From the NCBI RefSeq assembly GCF_009914755.1, contig NC_060942.1: 64,000 nucleotides of DNA; one strand, written 5' to 3'. The DNA is from the human T2T-CHM13v2.0 reference genome, Homo sapiens. This document shows, piece after piece, positions 49,401 through 61,107 of this stretch. Every line of letters begins with the position of its first letter. Within the stretch, counting starts at the first letter, position 1. A model generated the notes under the pieces. The model did not search any database and was not told the DNA's origin. It was given only the letters and a program-made list of their open reading frames with translations. A program made the position numbers and the translations under genes.

Positions 49401-52400
49401 CAGGATTCTGAGAAACATCTTTGTGATGTTTGTATTCAGGACAGAGAGTTGAACATTCCCTATCATAGAGCAGGTTGGAATCACTCCTTTTGTAGTATCT
49501 GGAAGTGGACATTTGGAGCGCTTTCAGGCCTATGTTGAAAAAGGAAATATCTTCCCATAACAACTAGACACAAGCATTCTCAGAAACTTGTTTGTGATGT
49601 GTGCCCTCTACTGACAGAGTTGAACCTTTCTTTTCATAGAGCAGTTTTGAAACACTCTTTTTGTAGAATCTGCAAGAGGATATTTGCATAGCTTTGAGGA
49701 TTTCGTGGGAAACGGGATTGTCTTCAGGTAAAATCTAGACAGAAGCATTCTCAGAAACTTCTTTGGGATGTTTGCATTCAAGTCACAGAGTAGAACATTC
49801 CCTTTGGTAGAGCAGGTTTGAAACACTCTTTTTGTAGTATCTGGAAGTGGACATTTGGAGCGCTTTCAGGCCTATTTTGGAAAGGGAAATATCTTCCCGT
49901 AACAACTAGGCAGAAGCATTCTCAGAAACTTATTTGAGATGTGTGTACTCAACTAAGAGAATTGAACCACCGTTTTGAAGGAGCAGTTTTGAAACACTCT
50001 TTTTCTGGAATCTGCAAGAGGATATTTGCCTAGCCTTGAGGATTTCGTTGGAAACGGGATTGTCTTCAGATCAAATCTAGACAGAAGCATTCTCAGAAAC
50101 TTCTTTGGGATGTTTGCATTCAAGTCACAGAGTAGAACATTCCCTTTGGTAGAGCAGGTTTGAAACACTCTTTTTTTAGTATATGGAAGTGGACATTTGG
50201 AGCGCTTTCAGGCCTACGTTGGAAAAGGAAATATCTTCCCATAACAACTAGACAGAAGCATTCTCAGAAACTAGTTTCTGATGTGTGTCCTCAACTAACA
50301 CAGTTGAACATTTCTTTAGACAGAACAGTTTTGAAACTCTCTTTTTGTGGAATCTGCAAGTGGCTATTTGGCTAGATTTGAGGATTTCGTTGGAAACGGG
50401 ATTACATATAAAAAGCAGACAGCAGCATTCTCAGAAAGTTCTTTGTGATGATTGCATTCAAGTCACAGAATTGAACATTCCCTTTCACAGAGCAGGTTTG
50501 AAACACTCTTTTTATAGTGTGTGTAAGTGGACATTTGGAGCACTTTCCGGCCTAAGGTGAAAAAGGAAATATCTTCCCATAAAAACTAGACAGAAGCATT
50601 CTCAGAAACTTACTCGTGATGTGTGTCCTCAACTAAAGGAGTAGAACCTTTGTTTTCATAGAGAAGTTTTGAAACGCTCTTTTTGTGGAATCTGCAAGTG
50701 GATATTTGGCTAGTTTGGAGGATTTCGTTGGAAGCGGGAATTCATACAAATTGCAGACTGCAGCGTTCTGAGAAACATCTTTGTGATGTTTGTATTCAGG
50801 ACACAGAGTTGAACATTCCCTATCATAGAGCAGGTTGGAATCACTCCTTTTGTAGTATCTGGAAGTGGACATTTGGAGCGCTTTCAGGCCTATGTTGGAA
50901 AAGGAAATATCTTCCCATAACAACTAGACAGAAGCATTCTCAGAAACTTATTTGAGATGTGTGTACTCAACTAAGAGAATTGAACCACCGTTTTGAAGGA
51001 GCAGTTTTGAAACACTCTTTTTCTGGAATCTGCAAGTGGATATTTGGCTAGCTTTGGGGATTTCGCTGGAGGCGGGAATACATATAAAAAGCACACAGCA
51101 GCGTTCTGAGAAACTGCTTTCTGATGTTTGCATTCAAGTCAAAAGTTGAACACTCCCTTTCATAGAGCAGTCCTGAAACACTCCTTTTGTAGTATCTGGA
51201 ACTGGACTTTTGGAGCGCTTTCAGGGCTAAGGTGAAAAAGGAAATATCTTCCCATAAAAACTGGACAGAAGCATTCTCAGAAACTTGTTTATGCTGTATC
51301 TACTCAACTAACAAAGTTGAACCTTTCTTTTGATAGAGCAGTTTTGAAATGCTCTTTTTGTGGAATCTGCAAGTGGATATTTGGCTAGTTTTGAGGATTT
51401 CGTTGGAAGCGGGAATTCATACAAATTGCAGACTGCAGCGTTCTGAGAAACATCTTTGTGATGTTTGTATTCAGGACAGAGAGTTGAACATTCCCTATCA
51501 TAGAGCAGGTTGGAATCACTCCTTTTGTAGTATCTGGAAGTGGACATTTGGAGCGCTTTCTGGCCTATGTTGAAAAAGGAAATATCTTCCCATAACAACT
51601 AGACACAAGCATTCTCAGAAACTTGTTTGTGATGTGTGCCCTCTACTGACAGAGTTGAACCTTTCTTTTCATAGAGCAGTTTTGAAACACTCTTTTTGTA
51701 GAATCTGCAAGAGGATTTTTGCATAGCTTTGAGGATTTCGTGGGAAACGGGATTGTCTTCAGGTAAAATCTAGACAGAAGCATTCTCAGAAACTTCTTTG
51801 GGATGTTTGCATTCAAGTCACAGAGTAGAACATTCCCTTTGGTAGAGCAGGTTTGAAACACTCTTTTTGTAGTATCTGGAAGTGGACATTTGGAGCGCTT
51901 TCAGGCCTATGTTGGAAAGGGAAATATCTTCCGGTAACAACTAGGCAGAAGCATTCTCAGAAACTTATTTGAGATGTGTGTACTCAACTAAGAGAATTGA
52001 ACCACCGTTTTGAAGGAGCAGTTTTGAAACACTCTTTTTCTGGAATCTGCAAGAGGATATTTGCCTAGCTTTGAGGATTTCGTTGGAAACGGGATTGTGT
52101 TCAGATCAAATCTAGACAGAAGCATTCTCAGAAACTTCTTTGGGATGTTTGCATTCAAGTCACAGAGTAGAACATTCCCTTTGGTAGAGCAGGTGTGAAA
52201 CACTCTTTTTTTAGTATATGGAAGTGGACATTTGGAGCGCTTTCAGGCCTACGTTGGAAAAGGAAATATCTTCCCATAACAACTAGACAGAAGCATTCTC
52301 AGAAACTAGTTTCTGATGTGTGTCCTCAACTAACACAGTTGAACATTTCTTTAGACAGAACAGTTTTGAAACTCTCTTTTTGTGGAATCTGCAAGTGGCT

Positions 52401-55400
52401 ATTTGGCTAGATTTGAGGATTTCGTTGGAAACGGGATTACATATAAAAAGCAGACAGCAGCATTCTCAGAAAGTTCTTTGTGATGATTGCATTCAAGTCA
52501 CAGAATTGAACATTCCCTTTCACAGAGCAGGTTTGAAACACTCTTTTTGTAGTGTGTGTAAGTGGACATTTGGAGCACTTTCCGGCCTAAGGTGAGAAAG
52601 GAAATATCTTCCCATAAAAACTAGACAGAAGCATTCTCAGAAGCTTACTCGTGATGTGTGTCCTCAACTAAAGGAGTAGAACCTTTCTTTCATAGAGAAG
52701 TTTTGAAACGCTCTTTTTGTGGAATCTGCAAGTGGATATTTGGCTAGTTTGGAGGATTTCGTTGGAAGCGGGAATTCATACAAATTGCAGACTGCAGCGT
52801 TCTGAGAAACATCTTTGTGATGTTTGTATTCAGGACACAGAGTTGAACATTCCCTATCATAGAGCAGGTTGGAATCACTCCTTTTGTAGTATCTGGAAGT
52901 GGACATTTGGAGCGCTTTCAGGCCTATGTTGGAAAAGGAAATATCTTCCCATAACAACTAGACAGAAGCATTCTCAGAAACTTATTTGAGATGTGTGTAC
53001 TCAACTAAGAGAATTGAACCACCGTTTTGAAGGAGCAGTTTTGAAACACTCTTTTTCTGGAATCTGCAAGTGGATATTTGGCTAGCTTTGGGGATTTCGC
53101 TGGAGGCGGGAATACATATAAAAAGCACACAGCAGCGTTCTGAGAAACTGCTTTCTGATGTTTGCATTCAAGTCAAAAGTTGAACACTCCCTTTCATAGA
53201 GCAGTCCTGAAACACTCCTTTTGTAGTATCTGGAACTGGACTTTTGGAGCGCTTTCAGGGCTAAGGTGAAAAAGGAAATATCTTCCCATAAAAACTGGAC
53301 AGAAGCATTCTCAGAAACTTGTTTATGCTGTATCTACTCAACTAACAAAGTTGAACCTTTCTTTTGATAGAGCAGTTTTGAAATGCTCTTTTTGTGGAAT
53401 CTGCAAGTGGATATTTGGCTAGTTTTGAGGATTTCGCTGGAAGCGGGAATTCATACAAATTGCAGACTGCAGCGTTCTGAGAAACATCTTTGTGATGTTT
53501 GCATTCAGGACAGAGAGTTGAACATTCCCTATCATAGAGCAGGTTGGAATCACTCCTTTTGTAGTATCTGGAAGTGGACATTTGGAGCGCTTTCTGGCCT
53601 ATGTTGAAAAAGGAAATATCTTCCCATAACAACTAGACACAAGCATTCTCAGAAACTTGTTTGTGATGTGTGCCCTCTACTGACAGAGTTGAACCTTTCT
53701 TTTCATAGAGCAGTTTTGAAACACTCTTTTTGTAGAATCTGCAAGAGGATATTTGCATAGCTTTGAGGATTTCGTGGGAAACGGGATTGTCTTCAGGTAA
53801 AATCTAGACAGAAGCATTCTCAGAAACTTCTTTGGGATGTTTGCATTCAAGTCACAGAGTAGAACATTCCCTTTGGTAGAGCAGGTTTGAAACACTCTTT
53901 TTGTAGTATCTGGAAGTGGACATTTGGAGCGCTTTCAGGCCTATGTTGGAAAGGGAAATATCTTCCGGTAACAACTAGGCAGAAGCATTCTCAGAAACTT
54001 ATTTGAGATGTGTGTACTCAACTAAGAGAATTGAACCACCGTTTTGAAGGAGCAGTTTTGAAACACTCTTTTTCTGGAATCTGCAAGAGGATATTTGCCT
54101 AGCTTTGAGGATTTCGTTGGAAACGGGATTGTGTTCAGATCAAATCTAGACAGAAGCATTCTCAGAAACTTCTTTGGGATGTTTGCATTCAAGTCACAGA
54201 GTAGAACATTCCCTTTGGTAGAGCAGGTGTGAAACACTCTTTTTTTAGTATATGGAAGTGGACATTTGGAGCGCTTTCAGGCCTACGTTGGAAAAGGAAA
54301 TATCTTCCCATAACAACTAGACAGAAGCATTCTCAGAAACTAGTTTCTGATGTGTGTCCTCAACTAACACAGTTGAACATTTCTTTAGACAGAACAGTTT
54401 TGAAACTCTCTTTTTGTGGAATCTGCAAGTGGCTATTTGGCTAGATTTGAGGATTTCGTTGGAAACGGGATTACATATAAAAAGCAGACAGCAGCATTCT
54501 CAGAAAGTTCTTTGTGATGATTGCATTCAAGTCACAGAATTGAACATTCCCTTTCACAGAGCAGGTTTGAAACACTCTTTTTGTAGTGTGTGTAAGTGGA
54601 CATTTGGAGCACTTTCCGGCCTAAGGTGAGAAAGGAAATATCTTCCCATAAAAACTAGACAGAAGTATTCTCAGAAACTTACTCTTGATGTGTGTCCTCA
54701 ACTAAAGGAGTAGAACCTTTCTTTCATAGAGAAGTTTTGAAACGCTCTTTTTGTGGAATCTGCAAGTGGATATTTGGCTAGTTTGGAGGATTTCGTTGGA
54801 AGCGGGAATTCATACAAATTGCAGACTGCAGCGTTCTGAGAAACATCTTTGTGATGTTTGTATTCAGGACACAGAGTTGAACATTCCCTATCATAGAGCA
54901 GGTTGGAATCACTCCTTTTGTAGTATCTGGAAGTGGACATTTGGAGCGCTTTCAGGCCTATGTTGGAAAAGGAAATATCTTCCCATAACAACTAGACAGA
55001 AGCATTCTCAGAAACTTATTTGAGATGTGTGTACTCAACTAAGAGAATTGAACCACCGTTTTGAAGGAGCAGTTTTGAAACACTCTTTTTCTGGAATCTG
55101 CAAGTGGATATTTGGCTAGCTTTGGGGATTTCGCTGGAGGCGGGAATACATATAAAAAGCACACAGCAGCGTTCTGAGAAACTGCTTTCTGATGTTTGCA
55201 TTCAAGTCAAAAGTTGAACACTCCCTTTCATAGAGCAGTCCTGAAACACTCCTTTTGTAGTATCTGGAACTGGACTTTTGGAGCGCTTTCAGGGCTAAGG
55301 TGAAAAAGGAAATATCTTCCCATAAAAACTGGACAGAAGCATTCTCAGAAACTTGTTTATGCTGTATCTACTCAACTAACAAAGTTGAACCTTTCTTTTG

Positions 55401-58400
55401 ATAGAGCAGTTTTGAAATGCTCTTTTTGTGGAATCTGCAAGTGGATATTTGGCTAGTTTTGAGGATTTCGCTGGAAGCGGGAATTCATACAAATTGCAGA
55501 CTGCAGCGTTCTGAGAAACATCTTTGTGATGTTTGTATTCAGGACAGAGAGTTGAACATTCCCTATCATAGAGCAGGTTGGAATCACTCCTTTTGTAGTA
55601 TCTGGAAGTGGACATTTGGAGCGCTTTCAGGCCTATGTTGAAAAAGGAAATATCTTCCCATAACAACTAGACACAAGCATTCTCAGAAACTTGTTTGTGA
55701 TGTGTGCCCTCTACTGACAGAGTTGAACCTTTCTTTTCATAGAGCAGTTTTGAAACACTCTTTTTGTAGAATCTGCAAGAGGATATTTGCATAGCTTTGA
55801 GGATTTCGTGGGAAACGGGATTGTCTTCAGGTAAAATCTAGACAGAAGCATTCTCAGAAACTTCTTTGGGATGTTTGCATTCAAGTCACAGAGTAGAACA
55901 TTCCCTTTGGTAGAGCAGGTTTGAAACACTCTTTTTGTAGTATCTGGAAGTGGACATTTGGAGCGCTTTCAGGCCTATGTTGGAAAGGGAAATATCTTCC
56001 CGTAACAACTAGGCAGAAGCATTCTCAGAAACTTATTTGAGATGTGTGTACTCAACTAAGAGAATTGAACCACCGTTTTGAAGGAGCAGTTTTGAAACAC
56101 TCTTTTTCTGGAATCTGCAAGAGGATATTTGCCTAGCCTTGAGGATTTCGTTGGAAACGGGATTGTCTTCAGATCAAATCTAGACAGAAGCATTCTCAGA
56201 AACTTCTTTGGGATGTTTGCATTCAAGTCACAGAGTAGAACATTCCCTTTGGTAGAGCAGGTTTGAAACACTCTTTTTTTAGTATATGGAAGTGGACATT
56301 TGGAGCGCTTTCAGGCCTACGTTGGAAAAGGAAATATCTTCCCATAACAACTAGACAGAAGCATTCTCAGAAACTAGTTTCTGATCTGTGTCCTCAACTA
56401 ACACAGTTGAACATTTCTTTAGACAGAACAGTTTTGAAACACTCTTTTTGTGGAATCTGCAAGTGGCTATTTGGCTAGATTTGAGGATTTCGTTGGAAAC
56501 GGGATTACATATAAAAAGCAGACAGCAGCATTCTCAGAAAGTTCTTTGTGATGATTGCATTCAAGTCACAGAATTGAACATTCCCTTTCACAGAGCAGGT
56601 TTGAAACACTCTTTTTGTAGTGTGTGTAAGTGGACATTTGGAGCACTTTCCGGCCTAAGGTGAAAAAGGAAATATCTTCCCATAAAAACTAGACAGAAGC
56701 ATTCTCAGAAGCTTACTCGTGATGTGTGTCCTCAACTAAAGGAGTAGAACCTTTCTTTTCATAGAGAAGTTTTGAAACGCTCTTTTTGTGGAATCTGCAA
56801 GTGGATATTTGGCTAGTTTGGAGGATTTCGTTGGAAGCGGGAATTCATACAAATTGCAGACTACAGCGTTCTGAGAAACATCTTTGTGATGTTTGTATTC
56901 AGGACACAGAGTTGAACATTCCCTATCATAGAGCAGGTTTGAATCACTCCTTTTGTAGTATCCGGAAGTGGACATTTGGAGCGCTTTCAGGCCTATGTTG
57001 GAAAAGGAAATATCTTCCCATAACAACTAGACAGAAGCATTCTCAGAAACTTATTTGAGATGTGTGTACTCAACTAAGAGAATTGAACCACCGTTTTGAA
57101 GGAGCAGTTTTGAAACACTCTTTTTCTGGAATCTGCAAGTGGATATTTGGCTAGCTTTGGGGATTTCGCTGGAAGCGGGAATACATATAAAAAGCACACA
57201 GCAGCGTTCTGAGAAACTGCTTTCTGATGTTTGCATTCAAGTCAAAAGTTGAACACTCCCTTTCATAGTGCAGTCCTGAAACACTCCTTTTGTAGTATCT
57301 GGAACTGGACTTTTGGAGCGCTTTCAGGGCTAAGGTGAAAAAGGAAATATCTTCCCATAAAAACTGGACAGAAGCATTCTCAGAAACTTGTTTATGCTGT
57401 ATCTACTCAACTAACAAAGTTGAACCTTTCTTTTGATAGAGCAGTTTTGAAATGCTCTTTTTGTGGAATCTGCAAGTGGATATTTGGCTAGTTTTGAGGA
57501 TTTCGTTGGAAGCGGGAATTCATACAAATTGCAGACTGCAGCGTTCTGAGAAACATCTTTGTGATGTTTGTATTCAGGACACAGAGTTGAACATTCCCTA
57601 TCATAGAGCAGGTTGGAATCACTCCTTTTGTAGTATCTGGAAGTGGACATTTGGAGCGCTTTCAGGCCTATGTTGAAAAAGGAAATATCTTCCCATAACA
57701 ACTAGACACAAGCATTCTCAGAAACTTGTTTGTGATGTGTGCCCTCTACTGACAGAGTTGAACCTTTCTTTTCATAGAGCAGTTTTGAAACACTCTTTTT
57801 GTAGAATCTGCAAGAGGATATTTGCATAGCTTTGAGGATTTCGTGGGAAACGGGATTGTCTTCAGGTAAAATCTAGACAGAAGCATTCTCAGAAACTTCT
57901 TTGGGATGTTTGCATTCAAGTCACAGAGGAGAACATTCCCTTTGGTAGAGCAGGTTTGAAACACTCTTTTTGTAGTATCTGGAAGTGGACATTTGGAGCG
58001 CTTTCAGGCCTATGTTGGAAAGGGAAATATCTTCCCGTAACAACTAGGCAGAAGCATTCTCAGAAACTTATTTGAGATGTGTGTACTCAACTAAGAGAAT
58101 TGAACCACCGTTTTGAAGGAGCAGTTTTGAAACACTCTTTTTCTGGAATCTGCAAGAGGATATTTGCCTAGCCTTGAGGATTTCGTTGGAAACGGGATTG
58201 TCTTCAGATCAAATCTAGACAGAAGCATTCTCAGAAACTTCTTTGGGATGTTTGCATTCAAGTCACAGAGTAGAACATTCCCTTTGGTAGAGCAGGTTTG
58301 AAACACTCTTTTTTTAGTATATGGAAGTGGACATTTGGAGCGCTTTCAGGCCTACGTTGGAAAAGGAAATATCTTCCCATAACAACTAGACAGAAGCATT

Positions 58401-59747
58401 CTCAGAAACTAGTTTCTGATGTGTGTCCTCAACTAACACAGTTGAACATTTCTTTAGACAGAACAGTTTTGAAACACTCTTTTTGTGGAATCTGCAAGTG
58501 GCTATTTGGCTAGATTTGAGGATTTCGTTGGAAACGGGATTACATATAAAAAGCAGACAGCAGCATTCTCAGAAAGTTCTTTGTGATGATTGCATTCAAG
58601 TCACAGAATTGAACATTCCCTTTCACAGAGCAGGTTTGAAACACTCTTTTTGTAGTGTGTGTAAGTGGACATTTGGAGCACTTTCCGGCCTAAGGTGAAA
58701 AAGGAAATATCTTCCCATAAAAACTAGACAGAAGCACTCTCAGAAACTTACTCGTGATGTGTGTCCTCAACTAAAGGAGTAGAACCTTTCTTTTCATAGA
58801 GAAGTTTTGAAACGCTCTTTTTGTGGAATCTGCAAGTGGATATTTGGCTAGTTTGGAGGATTTCGTTGGAAGCGGGAATTCATACAAATTGCAGACTGCA
58901 GCGTTCTGAGAAACATCTTTGTGATGTTTGTATTCAGGACACAGAGTTGAACATTCCCTATCATAGAGCAGGTTTGAATCACTCCTTTTGTAGTATCTGG
59001 AAGTGGACATTTGGAGCGCTTTCAGGCCTATGTTGGAAAAGGAAATATCTTCCCATAACAACTAGACAGAAGCATTCTCAGAAACTTATTTGAGATGTGT
59101 GTACTCAACTAAGAGAATTGAACCACCGTTTTGAAGGAGCAGTTTTGAAACACTCTTTTTCTGGAATCTGCAAGTGGATATTTGGCTAGCTTTGGGGATT
59201 TCGCTGGAAGCGGGAATACATATAAAAAGCACACAGCAGCGTTCTGAGAAACTGCTTTCTGATGTTTGCATTCAAGTCAAAAGTTGAACACTCCCTTTCA
59301 TAGTGCAGTCCTGAAACACTCCTTTTGTAGTATCTGGAACTGGACTTTTGGAGCGCTTTCAGGGCTAAGGTGAAAAAGGAAATATCTTCCCATAAAAACT
59401 GGACAGAAGCATTCTCAGAAACTTGTTTATGCTGTATCTACTCAACTAACAAAGTTGAACCTTTCTTTTGATAGAGCAGTTTTGAAATGCTCTTTTTGTG
59501 GAATCTGCAAGTGGATATTTGGCTAGTTTTGAGGATTTCGTTGGAAGCGGGAATTCATACAAATTGCAGACTGCAGGATTCTGAGAAACATCTTTGTGAT
59601 GTTTGTATTCAGGACAGAGAGTTGAACATTCCCTATCATAGAGCAGGTTGGAATCACTCCTTTTGTAGTATCTGGAAGTGGACATTTGGAGCGCTTTCAG
59701 GCCTATGTTGAAAAAGGAAATATCTTCCCATAACAACTAGACACAAG

Positions 59748-61107
59748 CATTCTCAGAAACTTGTTTGTGATGTGTGCCCTCTACTGACAGAGTTGAACCT
59801 TTCTTTTCATAGAGCAGTTTTGAAACACTCTTTTTGTAGAATCTGCAAGAGGATATTTGCATAGCTTTGAGGATTTCGTGGGTAACGGGATTGTCTTCAG
59901 GTAAAATCTAGACAGAAGCATTCTCAGAAACTTCTTTGGGATGTTTGCATTCAAGTCACAGAGTAGAACATTCCCTTTGGTAGAGCAGGTTTGAAACACT
60001 CTTTTTGTAGTATCTGGAAGTGGACATTTGGAGCGCTTTCAGGCCTATGTTGGAAAGGGAAATATCTTCCCGTAACAACTAGGCAGAAGCATTCTCAGAA
60101 ACTTATTTGAGATGTGTGTACTCAACTAAGAGAATTGAACCACCGTTTTGAAGGAGCAGTTTTGAAACACTCTTTTTCTGGAATCTGCAAGAGGATATTT
60201 GCCTAGCCTTGAGGATTTCGTTGGAAACGGGATTGTCTTCAGATCAAATCTAGACAGAAGCATTCTCAGAAACTTCTTTGGGATGTTTGCATTCAAGTCA
60301 CAGAGTAGAACATTCCCTTTGGTAGAGCAGGTTTGAAACACTCTTTTTTTAGTATATGGAAGTGGACATTTGGAGCGCTTTCAGGCCTACGTTGGAAAAG
60401 GAAATATCTTCCCATAACAACTAGACAGAAGCATTCTCAGAAACTAGTTTCTGATGTGTGTCCTCAACTAACACAGTTGAACATTTCTTTAGACAGAACA
60501 GTTTTGAAACTCTCTTTTTGTGGAATCTGCAAGTGGCTATTTGGCTAGATTTGAGGATTTCGTTGGAAACGGGATTACATATAAAAAGCAGACAGCAGCA
60601 TTCTCAGAAAGTTCTTTGTGATGATTGCATTCAAGTCACAGAATTGAACATTCCCTTTCACAGAGCAGGTTTGAAACACTCTTTTTATAGTGTGTGTAAG
60701 TGGACATTTGGAGCACTTTCCGGCCTAAGGTGAAAAAGGAAATATCTTCCCATAAAAACTAGACAGAAGCATTCTCAGAAACTTACTCGTGATGTGTGTC
60801 CTCAACTAAAGGAGTAGAACCTTTCTTTTCATAGAGAAGTTTTGAAACGCTCTTTTTGTGGAATCTGCAAGTGGATATTTGGCTAGTTTGGAGGATTTCG
60901 TTGGAAGCGGGAATTCATACAAATTGCAGACTGCAGCGTTCTGAGAAACATCTTTGTGATGTTTGTATTCAGGACACAGAGTTGAACATTCCCTATCATA
61001 GAGCAGGTTGGAATCACTCCTTTTGTAGTATCTGGAAGTGGACATTTGGAGCGCTTTCAGGCCTATGTTGAAAAAGGAAATATCTTCCCATAACAACTAG
61101 ACACAAG
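59748..61107 (+). repeat. 8-mer HOR variant (M1-7, M8/12 hybrid)
   Basis: 1360 bp. M7 at 60770, next M1 at 61108; M9-M11 are absent. Confidence 0.93.
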
